From NCBI GenBank assembly GCA_934454405.1, contig CAKSFN010000009.1, positions 30,323 to 94,322 of the forward strand: 64,000 bases of DNA, given 5' to 3'. The translations under genes and the position numbers were made by a program. Below the pieces are notes generated by a model, which saw only the letters and a program-made list of their open reading frames with translations, was not told where the DNA came from and searched no databases. This document shows, piece by piece, positions 36,794 to 45,936 of the stretch. Source of the stretch: an uncultured Eubacteriales bacterium. Lineage in GTDB: Bacteria; Bacillota; Clostridia; Oscillospirales; UBA644. Position 1 is the stretch's first letter; each line of letters begins with the position of its first letter.

Positions 36794-38161
36794 TTAATGA
36801 AGTTTCGGAAGACTTGCCGCCGCAACGGATTGTCCGACACGTCTGGACGATTCGTCGGGAATGTGAAGCTTCAACGTCTTCGCAAGGTCGGCAAAATCCG
36901 TGTCAAGCACTTCGTTCGCCTTGTCAAGGATGATGTTTCCGCCCTCGCCCGAGGTAACTCTTCCGAGTATAAGAACGTGTTTAATGTCGTAGAACAACGA
37001 ATAGTATGCTATCGCATAGCCGAAATATACGCCGATGGTCTCGTAAATCTGCGCCGCTCTCTTGTCGCCCTCCGCATGAAGCTTCTGAACAACTTTGAGT
37101 TTTTCGGCAGGGGACAGCGTCGGGTCAAGTTCAATACCCGCCGCGGGAGCAAGTTTGATGACAGCGTCCTGCGAGAAGTATTTAACGCCGCAGCCGTAAT
37201 CGCCCGACCACTCGTCAACCATAGCGTCTTCGCAATAGTCCGCGGGAACGAACGCAAGTTCGTTGAGCCAGCCCGTAATGTTGCCGTTGAGGTCAACGTA
37301 TCCGCCCGCTTCGCTTGTGCCCATCGCTATACCGAGAACGCCGTTGTCGTCAAGGTTCATCGCGCCTGCAAGAGCGGTAACGTCGCCGTCGTTTGCAACA
37401 ACTACGGGAACGTCGCCTATTTCTTTTGCAACGTCGATGTACATATTCTTGACTTTCTTATCAAAGTCCTCTTTCGGAACTTTGAGGAACAGGGAAGCGA
37501 CCATTATGCGGTTGTCAACATAAACGCCCGCCGAGCTTACGCCTATTGCGTCAACTCTCGGCATGTGCGACGCCGCTGTTTTCATCGCGTCAAGAATGCC
37601 CTGATAGTGATAGTCCGGGTCGGAGTTCGTCTTCGGGAACCAAACGACTTCCTCCGAATAAACGGGTTCGCCGTCTATGACCGCGCTGACCTTTCTGTCC
37701 GAACCGCCCGCATCGAAACCGATACGGCAGCCGTCAAGATGTCTGCCTACGGGCTCGGAATTTTCGTGCGTTTCGGGAACTTTGTCAAAATCAACGACTT
37801 CAACGCAGAACGGACGCTCGTAAACCGTGCTCATAAAGTCAACGTCAAACGCGCGCAGACCGTTCTTCGTATACGCCTCTTTAATCTTTTCTCCGACAAT
37901 CTTCGAGCCGCCGATAATTATCTTCCAACCGCCTCTGACCCAAAGCAGGGACTTGGTCAGTCTTTCGATAAACTTGAAGTTCTCGTCGTCGTGACCCGTT
38001 CCGTCTTTGAAAATCTTTGTCTTAAAGGTCGAAATATGACCGTTATCTCTCTCCACGCTTATCGCTATGTCCTGCGCGCCTTCTTTTTCCGCTGACGCAA
38101 GAAAATCGCGAACAACGAGAGCCATGGGCTGAAACTGCTTGTCTAAAACTGCCTTTACCAT
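36794..38161 (-). CDS. ROK-like/ASKHA sugar kinase homologue with an N-terminal extension of about 130 aa
   Basis: 455 aa with GFDAGGSDRKVSAV (phosphate-1), VVANDGDVTALAG and GIAMGTSEAGGYV. The ROK zinc motif CxCGxxGCxE was not seen. Confidence 0.6.
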   Translation of the reverse strand: MVKAVLDKQFQPMALVVRDFLASAEKEGAQDIAISVERDNGHISTFKTKIFKDGTGHDDENFKFIERLTKSLLWVRGGWKIIIGGSKIVGEKIKEAYTKNGLRAFDVDFMSTVYERPFCVEVVDFDKVPETHENSEPVGRHLDGCRIGFDAGGSDRKVSAVIDGEPVYSEEVVWFPKTNSDPDYHYQGILDAMKTAASHMPRVDAIGVSSAGVYVDNRIMVASLFLKVPKEDFDKKVKNMYIDVAKEIGDVPVVVANDGDVTALAGAMNLDDNGVLGIAMGTSEAGGYVDLNGNITGWLNELAFVPADYCEDAMVDEWSGDYGCGVKYFSQDAVIKLAPAAGIELDPTLSPAEKLKVVQKLHAEGDKRAAQIYETIGVYFGYAIAYYSLFYDIKHVLILGRVTSGEGGNIILDKANEVLDTDFADLAKTLKLHIPDESSRRVGQSVAAASLPKLH

Positions 38162-38186
38162 TTGAATTATACTCTCTTTTCTGAAA

Positions 38187-39227
38187 TTACTTCGTGACGG
38201 TTACTTTTTTAAGTCCTCTCGGAGCGTCGGGATTTCTGCCCTTGACGTTTGTCAGATTCGATGCAAAAAGCTGCGCAAACGTCGCAAAACCGAACGCCGC
38301 TATCATATCGTTGCCTTTTGAATCGGGGATTTTGAAACTTACGGTTCCTTCCGCGAGAAGCTCGTCGTCGTCGGAAACCATAAGCAGATCCGCTCCAGCA
38401 CCGTGAAGTTTTTCAATCATCTTTTTAGCGTCTTCCTTAACGGGACCGCCGGGCATATACATAAATACGGGCATACCGTCGTCAACCATGGCGAACGGAC
38501 CGTGGTGGAAGTCGGAGATGGGATATCCCTTTGCGCGGACATAGTTCGTTTCCTGGATTTTCAAAGTGCCTTCAAGGGCGAGGGGATAGTTAATACCTCT
38601 CGAAAGAATGAAGCACTCGTTCATAAATCTGTATCTCTTTGTGAGCTCTGCAATCTCGTCGTTTTTCGCAAGCACCTGTTCAACGTATTCGGGAACGGTT
38701 TGAAGCACTTTCAGCCCCTCTTCATCGCCCGCCCACATGCAGGCGAGATTCGCAAGTATGTAAAGCTGAGTGCCGAATGTTTTTGTTGCGGCAACGCTCT
38801 TTTCTTCGCCCGCGTCGCAGTAAAGGTGATAATCAGCCGCGTTCGCAAGTAACGAGCCGAGCGTGTTTGTTACGGTCAGGGTAACGGCTCCGCTTGCCTT
38901 TGCCTGCTTGATAACTTCGTTTACGTCCGCTGCCGCGCCCGACTGCGAAATACCGATTACGAGCATGCCCTTGTAATTGATTTTGCCGCCGTAAAGGGTA
39001 GCGGTGGAGCAGGCCGAAAGACCCACGGGGATACCCGCTTTGGATTCAAGCAGATACTTGAAATAAATACCCGCGTGATCGGAAGTTCCTCTTGCGGCGA
39101 TGATAACATTGTTGACGTTCGATGCTTTCAGCTGCGCAACGAGTTTTTCGAGCGTCTCCTTATTATAATCGTAGCATTCTCTGAGCGCGCGCGGCTGCTC
39201 AAAGATCTCTTTTTGCATCAGTGTCAT
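38187..39227 (-). CDS. SIS-domain sugar-phosphate isomerase/deaminase (AgaS/FrlB/GlmS C-terminal type)
   Basis: MTLMQKEIFEQPRAL..., two SIS domains (ARGTSDHAG; ISQSGAAADV). AAGGAG precedes ATG 39227; the ORF-track N-terminal extension is basic junk. Confidence 0.85.
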   Translation of the reverse strand: MTLMQKEIFEQPRALRECYDYNKETLEKLVAQLKASNVNNVIIAARGTSDHAGIYFKYLLESKAGIPVGLSACSTATLYGGKINYKGMLVIGISQSGAAADVNEVIKQAKASGAVTLTVTNTLGSLLANAADYHLYCDAGEEKSVAATKTFGTQLYILANLACMWAGDEEGLKVLQTVPEYVEQVLAKNDEIAELTKRYRFMNECFILSRGINYPLALEGTLKIQETNYVRAKGYPISDFHHGPFAMVDDGMPVFMYMPGGPVKEDAKKMIEKLHGAGADLLMVSDDDELLAEGTVSFKIPDSKGNDMIAAFGFATFAQLFASNLTNVKGRNPDAPRGLKKVTVTK

Positions 39228-39258
39228 GAAAAATGCACTCCTTATATTAAATAAAGTA

Positions 39259-39609
39259 TTATTCTTCGCTTTTTTTATCCGCTCCGCCGCCGCGTACCGT
39301 CTGCGCGTTTTTCGGGCAGAACGGGTCGATGGCTTTGCCGAATATCGCTTTTGCCGAATACGGATTTCTGTTCGTTTTCGGTTTATCCTGTTCATTTCCC
39401 GCTCTTGCCGAAAATGAAATGAAAAACGTCCAAAAAATTATTCCGAACAGCCATATTCCGACAGCTCCGACAGCCCACCACACGGACAGTTTTATCCAAA
39501 AATGGAGAACGAGAAGTATCGCGGCCGGAAGCAGCCATGTCAGGTTAAGGATAAGATTCAGGAGCACGGCAAGGAAAAAACCCTGCCTCGCGTCTTTTGT
39601 TTTCATCAA
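39259..39609 (-). CDS. Small integral membrane protein, unknown function
   Basis: 116 aa with three predicted hydrophobic helices then a basic tail, lying between the PBP1A and SIS genes. Confidence 0.5.
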   Translation of the reverse strand: MMKTKDARQGFFLAVLLNLILNLTWLLPAAILLVLHFWIKLSVWWAVGAVGIWLFGIIFWTFFISFSARAGNEQDKPKTNRNPYSAKAIFGKAIDPFCPKNAQTVRGGGADKKSEE

Positions 39610-39637
39610 AAACCCCCTTCTTTTTCAGTCATCGGAT

Positions 39638-42022
39638 TTATCCCTCCGGATCGGGAGACGGAGGTTCCGGTTCGTGCGAGGTCTCCGTCGGCGGTTCGGT
39701 TGGATTCTGCTCGGTGCTCGGCGGCTGCGTCGGTGCTTCGGGATCTTCATTCGGATCCGTTGTCGGTTCTGCCCCTCCGTGTCCCGTGCATATTCTTGAG
39801 GGCTGCGTTCCTTCTTTATAGAAAGTAAACGCCGTGCATCCCGCGCAATACGCGCCGGGGAGCATGCCCGTAACAGTGCAGTAAGACTCCCATACAAGAC
39901 CTGCGGGCTGCTCGAACTTGCCCGAGGTTATGCCCTTCGCCTGATGGATTTTCGTCATCACCGCGCCCCATATCTCGGTCTGCATGGCTCGTCTTGAAGA
40001 AACGGGATGATTGTAATCGTATCCCCACCAGATACCCGCAAGATAATACGGCGTATATCCGATAAACCAGCGGTCGTTGTAGTAGGACGTCGTTCCGGTT
40101 TTGCCGGCGGTCTCAACTCCGTAAACCTTTGCTGATTTTCCGAAATATGTTTCCGCAACGACGTTTTGAAGCGTGTAAGTCATCAGATAAGCCGTCTGCT
40201 CGGAATAAACCGATTTTTTGGAAACGTCTTTTTGCAGAACGGTCTTGCCGCTGTACGATTCCACTCTCGTATAGGAGCGGGAATCCGTAAAGTTCCCTTT
40301 GTTCGCATAAACGGAGAACGCCCTTGTCATTTCAAGCACCGTGACGCCCTTGCTGAGCGCGCCGAGCGAGAGAGGCGCAAGACCGCTTTTATCGTTATCC
40401 TGAAGCCCCGAAAGTTTAAGCGTGTCTTTCGCAAAATTCAAAACGGTGGAAAACGTGCCGTCGCTGTCCTGCTGAAGCTTCAAAACGCGTACCGCAGGAG
40501 GGTTGTATGAGTTCGTGAGCGCCTTGTAGATGCTCATATCTCCGTGATATCTGCCGTCCGCGTTTGCGGGCCAGTCCTTGCCGCCGTATTTCATAACGGG
40601 CGAGTCTTCGATAATGGTTCCGAGCGTTACGAGGTTTTCTTCAAACGCTCTGCCGTAAACCGTAAGAGGCTTCAGAGCAGAACCCGGCTGACGCACCGCC
40701 TGCGTGGCTCGGTTGTAGCTGAGTTTGCCTGTTTTTTCGCCTCTGCCGCCGATAAGAGCGACAATATCTCCGTTCGTCGGGTTCATAATAACCATCGCAA
40801 CTTCGGGATATTCGTATTCGTCTTTTTCTTTATTGTAGTACCGTTCGTTTCCGAGATTGTCGGGGTTTGAGATATAATCCTCGAGAATATCCTGAACGTC
40901 GGTCTGGATAGTCGAAAAAATCTTCAAACCGCCGGTATAAATCTTACTGACGGCTTCGCTTCTCGAATAATTGTTCTTCGACATCAGATCCGAAACGACT
41001 TCTTCAAAGATTGTATCCGTCGCGTAAGACCAGCTTTCTCTGTCCTTGTCGTCGGTTTTCAGCGATCTGTCACGCAGGACGAGCTTTGCGGTTTTGTATT
41101 CGTTATATTCGCGCTCCGTTATCATATCCTGCTCGAACATATAATGAAGCGTCAGATTTCTTCTTTCAAGATTGTTTTCGGGCTTCGTGTACGGGTCGTA
41201 ATAGCTCGGCGCGTTCGTAATGCTTATCAGCGACGCGGCTTCGACAACGGAAAGATCCGAGGCGTCCTTGCCGAAATAATACTGCGACGCGGTCTGAACG
41301 CCGTATTGATTGTTTCCGAAATAAACCGTATTCAGATAAAATTCGAGAATTTGCTCTTTTGAATAATTGCGTTCAAGATACATCGCACGAAGCATTTCCT
41401 TGATCTTTCGCGTCGGGGAGTTCTCGTTGTCGCCCGTAACGTTCTTTATCAGCTGCTGCGTTATCGTCGAGCCTCCGTCAAGTCCCGCCGTGCTCGTATG
41501 CGTCAGTTTCGCCGCGGAATATCCGATAACCGCTTTTGTCGTTCGTATAGGGTCAACGCCCATGTGCACATAAAAACGCTTGTCTTCTATTGCAACGATC
41601 GCGTTCTTTATGTTTTTGCAGATCTCGTCCGAGCCGACCCATGTTCTGTGTTCGGATGAATACAGCTTTTGATATTCGACATATTCGCCGTTTTCATCCA
41701 GCGCGTATATAACCGAGGACTGGTTTATATCCCTGTCCTCGAATTTTTCGAGAAGGCCCGGCTCCGTGTAGGCATATATAAAAGTGACGGCGATACCGAA
41801 AACAATGATGCCGACGACCGCACAGATAAGCCCCACGTGAGCGAAAAAACTCAGAAAGCCCAAAAGGATACGCACGGGAAGAGGCTTCTTCTTCGCATAT
41901 TTGTCGGGGTTTTTCTTGTACATCGGCATTCCGTATTTTTGCTCCATACGCGCGATGTCTTTTGAAGTCACGCGTTTTTTTCTTTTCGGTCTGCTCCTGT
42001 CTAATCTGTCTCTTTCGGACAT
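39638..42022 (-). CDS. Class A penicillin-binding protein (bifunctional glycosyltransferase/transpeptidase, PBP1A type)
   Basis: 794 aa with an N-terminal TM, GT51 motifs (EDKRFYVHMGVD, GGSTITQQL, RKIKE), transpeptidase motifs SALK and KTGT, and a Pro/Glu/Thr-rich C-terminal tail. GGAGG RBS. Confidence 0.93.
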   Translation of the reverse strand: MSERDRLDRSRPKRKKRVTSKDIARMEQKYGMPMYKKNPDKYAKKKPLPVRILLGFLSFFAHVGLICAVVGIIVFGIAVTFIYAYTEPGLLEKFEDRDINQSSVIYALDENGEYVEYQKLYSSEHRTWVGSDEICKNIKNAIVAIEDKRFYVHMGVDPIRTTKAVIGYSAAKLTHTSTAGLDGGSTITQQLIKNVTGDNENSPTRKIKEMLRAMYLERNYSKEQILEFYLNTVYFGNNQYGVQTASQYYFGKDASDLSVVEAASLISITNAPSYYDPYTKPENNLERRNLTLHYMFEQDMITEREYNEYKTAKLVLRDRSLKTDDKDRESWSYATDTIFEEVVSDLMSKNNYSRSEAVSKIYTGGLKIFSTIQTDVQDILEDYISNPDNLGNERYYNKEKDEYEYPEVAMVIMNPTNGDIVALIGGRGEKTGKLSYNRATQAVRQPGSALKPLTVYGRAFEENLVTLGTIIEDSPVMKYGGKDWPANADGRYHGDMSIYKALTNSYNPPAVRVLKLQQDSDGTFSTVLNFAKDTLKLSGLQDNDKSGLAPLSLGALSKGVTVLEMTRAFSVYANKGNFTDSRSYTRVESYSGKTVLQKDVSKKSVYSEQTAYLMTYTLQNVVAETYFGKSAKVYGVETAGKTGTTSYYNDRWFIGYTPYYLAGIWWGYDYNHPVSSRRAMQTEIWGAVMTKIHQAKGITSGKFEQPAGLVWESYCTVTGMLPGAYCAGCTAFTFYKEGTQPSRICTGHGGAEPTTDPNEDPEAPTQPPSTEQNPTEPPTETSHEPEPPSPDPEG

Positions 42023-42069
42023 TTACATTCCTCCGTTATCAACGTGGTTGAATATTTCCGTTCTTTCCT

Positions 42070-42098
42070 ATTATATCACAGACTTCCGTTTTTTTCAA
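42070..42098 (-). promoter_or_regulatory. Sigma-A promoter for the PBP1A gene
   Basis: Reverse strand reads TTGAAA (42098-42093), 17 nt spacer, TATAAT (42075-42070). Confidence 0.65.
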
Positions 42099-42359
42099 GT
42101 ATTATGTATAATAAATAATATGAATAATCCGTTACAAGCGCATTATGATTTGATTAAACACCGATCCGGTCGGACGTTTTTGCGCGACGATCCTGTAAAA
42201 AAGCCGTCAATACATTGTTTCGGACGCGTTTTGAGGCATTGAAATCCAAACAAATTGTAAAAAAATAAAATCAAAAGTGAGCAAATCGGAGCAAATCGAA
42301 GAAAAACGGCGAAAATAAGAGTATTGGCTCGGAGAATTAAATTAAATCGAGATCGGGTA

Positions 42360-42388
42360 TTGACAAGGCGAGGGTTTTGTGGTAGAAT
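42360..42388 (+). promoter_or_regulatory. Sigma-A promoter for rplM-rpsI
   Basis: TTGACA (42360-42365), 17 nt spacer, TAGAAT (42383-42388), with TGg extended -10. It leaves a leader of about 70 nt. Confidence 0.7.
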
Positions 42389-42458
42389 ATTTGAGCGTGG
42401 TGAAGATCCGCGTTAATATGTTGTGTTTTTTAATTTATCTTATACGGAGGAAACTCAA

Positions 42459-42890
42459 ATGGCTACATTTATGGCTAACGCGTCCAACATCGAGCGCAAG
42501 TGGTATGTTATCGACGCCGCGAACAAGCCGATGGGCAGAACCGCAACCGTTGCGGCAACCCTTCTCAGAGGCAAGCACAAGGCGACGTATACGCCGCACG
42601 CCGATTGCGGAGATTTTGTTATCGTTATCAACGCCGACAAGGCGGTTCTGACCGGTAACAAGCTTGAAAAGAAATATTACAGACATCACACGGGTTGGGT
42701 GGGACACCTCAAAGAGGTTAAATACTCCACTCTTATGAGCAAAAACCCCGAGTTCGCATACGAGCTTGCCGTTAAGGGTATGCTTCCGAACAATGTTCTC
42801 GGAAGAAACGCTCTCAGAAGACTTCGCATCTACAAGGGCGATGCTCATCCGCACACCGCTCAGCAGCCTGAAGTTTGGAACATCGACTAA
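42459..42890 (+). CDS. rplM: 50S ribosomal protein L13
   Basis: [29 protein letters not shown]...HTGWVG. GGAGG precedes ATG 42459. Confidence 0.97.
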   Translation: MATFMANASNIERKWYVIDAANKPMGRTATVAATLLRGKHKATYTPHADCGDFVIVINADKAVLTGNKLEKKYYRHHTGWVGHLKEVKYSTLMSKNPEFAYELAVKGMLPNNVLGRNALRRLRIYKGDAHPHTAQQPEVWNID

Positions 42891-42904
42891 GGAGGAACGG
42901 AAGA

Positions 42905-43306
42905 ATGTACGAATCTAAAAAGCCCTATTTTTACGGAACAGGCAGAAGAAAGAAGTCCGTTGCTCGCGTAAGAGTTTACGAGGGAACCGGCAAAATAACC
43001 ATTAACGGCAGAGATATCGACGATTATTTCGGCCTTGAAACTCTTAAACTCATCGTTCGTCAGCCGATGATGCTCACCGATACTCTCGGCAAGTACGACA
43101 TCGTTGCCACCGTTGTCGGCGGCGGCGTTTCCGGCCAGGCGGGCGCGATAAGACACGGTCTTTCCAGAGCCCTTATCAAGCTTGACGCCGATATGCGTCC
43201 GACCTTGAAGAAGGCTGGACTTCTTACAAGAGACCCGAGAATGAAGGAAAGAAAGAAGTACGGACTCAAAGCCGCAAGAAAAGCTCCGCAGTTCTCAAAG
43301 AGATAA
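42905..43306 (+). CDS. rpsI: 30S ribosomal protein S9
   Basis: [17 protein letters not shown]...[34 protein letters not shown]. Confidence 0.97.
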   Translation: MYESKKPYFYGTGRRKKSVARVRVYEGTGKITINGRDIDDYFGLETLKLIVRQPMMLTDTLGKYDIVATVVGGGVSGQAGAIRHGLSRALIKLDADMRPTLKKAGLLTRDPRMKERKKYGLKAARKAPQFSKR

Positions 43307-43395
43307 GTTTACGGTGTTTTGTCCGAAAATTCTTTCGGAAAAGCTGCTTTCATATATTTGCGTATGTGTGATAAATCACGGAAGGAGTTTGAATT

Positions 43396-43587
43396 ATGGC
43401 GCTTAAAGATGATTGGAAAGAAACCGGCAAAGATCTCGGCCATGCTTTCAAAAACCTCGGCAAAACCATCATTCGTTCCGCTTCAAAGGGCATAGATGCC
43501 GCCGAAAAGTGGGCTGCGGAGGATGATAAAGAACATACCGAAGAAAAGAAAGAGTCGAATACTGACGAGACCGGGAACAACGGTTGA
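43396..43587 (+). CDS. Small hydrophilic protein, unknown function
   Basis: 63 aa, lysine- and acid-rich. GAAGGAG lies 8 nt before the ATG and a strong terminator follows. Confidence 0.55.
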   Translation: MALKDDWKETGKDLGHAFKNLGKTIIRSASKGIDAAEKWAAEDDKEHTEEKKESNTDETGNNG

Positions 43588-43606
43588 GTGAAAAAACAGA
43601 AAAATT

Positions 43607-43640
43607 CCCCGAAAACCGAGGTTTTCGGGGATATTTTTTT
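43607..43640 (+). terminator. Rho-independent terminator
   Basis: ccccgaaaac (43607-43616) pairs with gttttcgggg (43621-43630), then a T7 run. Confidence 0.8.
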
Positions 43641-43685
43641 GCTGCGCTCCGTGTTCGGAAAGCGCTTTTATTTTTGCGGAGACTT

Positions 43686-44969
43686 TTATCTTATCTTTCT
43701 TCCTTCAAGATAGAATCTTTTGTCCTGCGCGTGCCCCATTGAAAATGTTTTTCGGGGAAGGGCGCCGTCGAGAACAACTGTTCTGAAAAGCTCGTCTTTT
43801 GTCATCGTCGGAACCAAAAATCCGATATTTTCGGGGTTTTTGCAGAGCCTTTCAACTTCTTCGTCGCCGTGAATATAATCAATCGTTCCTGCTTCTTTTT
43901 TCAGATAATCGTCAAGAAAAGCCTGAAGTGAACCGACCGCAAGGTTCGATTTTTCGTCCGTGACGGAAACGTACTGTTTGTTACCGTTTGAAAGCATTAC
44001 GAAAACTTGTCTGCCCTCAATGTCTTTCGGCGGCTGCGGCGTTATTGATATATCATTGAAAAAGCCTGCCAGAGCAACGGTTATTTTCGTTGCGTCCGCT
44101 CCGAAAACAACTCTGTGAATGGGCTCGAATTTGAGCGATTCGTCGTGCAGATTCACAACCTCGACAAGCGCGTAGCGCGCGGGGTGGCTTTCCGCTTCCT
44201 CGGGCGTGAGATTGCTTTTTATTTCGTTCCAGCACGTTTTTGCCGTTGCGAGCGAATGATTTCCGTCGCCGACGGCGAATACGAGCGGCTTTCTGCTTTT
44301 GAAACCGTATTTTTTATTGAAAACGGATTTGCTTCCGAGCCTGTCAAGCGCTTTCATCGCGTTTTGCGCGGCGTCGGTTCGAACTATCCGACCTTTGACG
44401 TGACCGCTCCGATGCATCAGGTCAAAATCATAAAGAAGCGCAAAGTCGGCGCTTTTTGCCGCGAGCGGTTCGATAACTGTTTTTTCGGGATCGTCGATGA
44501 GCAGCATAACGTGAGGAAATTCCAGCGGCGCGTTTTTTCGTATTTCCACTCTCGGCGGGATACGTTCAAGAACGGTTCCTTCCGTCGCCCGAACAAGCGT
44601 TTTCGCGCCTTTTTCAAAAGAATAATCTTCAAGATCCAGCTTTCCGATAAGTCCTTTTCTTACCGCCCCGTTTGAAAGGGTTCTTTCAAGGTAAATAAAG
44701 CTGTTGACAACGGTTTTGAATTTTCCCGTTTCAAGGTTTTCTTTCATTGTCGCGTTTACGGCTTCCGTTCTTTTTTCCTTTCCTCTTTTCGAAAGATATA
44801 TCTCCGGCAGCGTCATGGAAAGTGTCGAGGGCGCGCTTCCGACAAGTTTTTTCGTTCTTTTCCAGTAGTTTTCATCTGATGTGTACTGGTCGCAGGCGAC
44901 GACCGCCCATTTCATATATTCAAGACCGTCTGCGGGCAAAAGTATATCCGCGGGTGTAAATGTTTTCAT
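43686..44969 (-). CDS. DUF1015 family protein
   Basis: 427 aa. The N-terminus F.PADILLP... and the overall pattern (ACDQYTS, FAVGDGNHS) match DUF1015 as recalled. GGAGG RBS. Confidence 0.7.
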   Translation of the reverse strand: MKTFTPADILLPADGLEYMKWAVVACDQYTSDENYWKRTKKLVGSAPSTLSMTLPEIYLSKRGKEKRTEAVNATMKENLETGKFKTVVNSFIYLERTLSNGAVRKGLIGKLDLEDYSFEKGAKTLVRATEGTVLERIPPRVEIRKNAPLEFPHVMLLIDDPEKTVIEPLAAKSADFALLYDFDLMHRSGHVKGRIVRTDAAQNAMKALDRLGSKSVFNKKYGFKSRKPLVFAVGDGNHSLATAKTCWNEIKSNLTPEEAESHPARYALVEVVNLHDESLKFEPIHRVVFGADATKITVALAGFFNDISITPQPPKDIEGRQVFVMLSNGNKQYVSVTDEKSNLAVGSLQAFLDDYLKKEAGTIDYIHGDEEVERLCKNPENIGFLVPTMTKDELFRTVVLDGALPRKTFSMGHAQDKRFYLEGRKIR

Positions 44970-45179
44970 CTGTCAGATACCTCCGTTTTTTCATCTTCCG
45001 AAATGCGTTGCCGCTTTTAATCATTTTAGCATATTGCAACGCGCTTTTCAAGACGTATGAGAAAAAAAATTGCGAAAAAACCGCTTTTCAAGGTCGTTCG
45101 GAGACCGCTGCCGCCGTTAATCCGCATCGCCGCGTTCGTATTATATCTTCACTTCCGGAAGTTTAATACATTTTCGGGC

Positions 45180-45208
45180 TTGCAATTTATATATATTTAT
45201 GGTATAAT
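45180..45208 (+). promoter_or_regulatory. Sigma-A promoter for the mtnN operon
   Basis: TTGCAA (45180-45185), 17 nt spacer, TATAAT (45203-45208), with TGg extended -10. Confidence 0.7.
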
Positions 45209-45236
45209 AGCAAAAGCATTTATGGGGGAAACGGAA

Positions 45237-45935
45237 ATGAGAATTGCAATTATAAGCGCAATGAGTTCTGAAATCGAAGCTGTTATAGATATTCTTGATA
45301 AAACCGAAAAGAAAAAGATCGGCGGCTCGGATATATATTCGGGCAAATATAAGGAAAATGAAATTATCTGCGCTGTCAGCTACGAGGGCAAGGTCAACGC
45401 CGCGGTGTGCGCGCAATCGGTCATTCTTCTTTATAAACCGGACGCGGTTATCAACCTCGGCGTCGGCGGCGGCATAGACCCGTCTCTGAAGCCGGGCGAC
45501 GTCGTTGTTGCGACATCCGTCGTTCAGCATGACTTCAATTGCGAAAAACGCGGTTACGCAAAAGGGCAGGTGTGCAACTTTGAAACTCCGTTGATGAAAT
45601 GCGACGACGGGATCCGCGAAAAGCTTTTCGACTGCGCAAAAGAAATCGACGGGATAACCGTTACGCAGGGTATAGTGGCAACAGGCGATCAGTTCGTCAG
45701 CTCAACCGCGACGGCGCGGCGAATCCGCAAAGAATTCGGCGCTTCCGTCGTTGAAATGGAAAGCGCCGCGATAGGGCAGACGTGTCTGCTCAACGGTATT
45801 CCTTTCGGCGTCGTTCGAGCCGTTTCGGACAACGGGGACGACTCCGCCTTCGGCAGCTTCGGCGATTTTCTTGAATTTGCCGTTGCAAATTCTGTTAAGC
45901 TGATAAAACGGTTTCTTGAAAAAGGAGGCGTTTGA
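45237..45935 (+). CDS. mtnN: 5'-methylthioadenosine/S-adenosylhomocysteine nucleosidase
   Basis: MRIAIISAMSSEIEAV..., VGGGIDPSLKPGDVVV, VEMESAAIGQ and RAVSD motifs. The ORF-track N-terminal extension runs through the promoter. Confidence 0.92.
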   Translation: MRIAIISAMSSEIEAVIDILDKTEKKKIGGSDIYSGKYKENEIICAVSYEGKVNAAVCAQSVILLYKPDAVINLGVGGGIDPSLKPGDVVVATSVVQHDFNCEKRGYAKGQVCNFETPLMKCDDGIREKLFDCAKEIDGITVTQGIVATGDQFVSSTATARRIRKEFGASVVEMESAAIGQTCLLNGIPFGVVRAVSDNGDDSAFGSFGDFLEFAVANSVKLIKRFLEKGGV

Positions 45936-45936
45936 T

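Noticed and set aside
36797-38095. 432-aa plus-strand ORF; the same pattern applies to 13687-14844(-), 10754-11491(-), 12613-13251(-), 26943-27782(-), 27754-28548(-), 28999-29895(-) and 58388-59281(-)
   Set aside because: Each is antisense to a gene with strong family motifs (kinase-like, murF, PBP, murE, transketolase subunits, 4HbD-type ADH, EIIC-like permease). All have basic, low-complexity translations.
42279-42298. Tandem 10-mer gagcaaatcg gagcaaatcg
   Set aside because: There are only two copies with no further periodicity, in an AT-rich spacer. This is too little to call a repeat element or binding array.
42389-42458. Possible L13 ribosomal-protein leader upstream of rplM
   Set aside because: A leader of about 70 nt with a weak 5-bp hairpin (cgtgg/ccgcg) and a T-run exists. 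I cannot recall the L13-leader consensus well enough to support a call, and it needs an Rfam scan.
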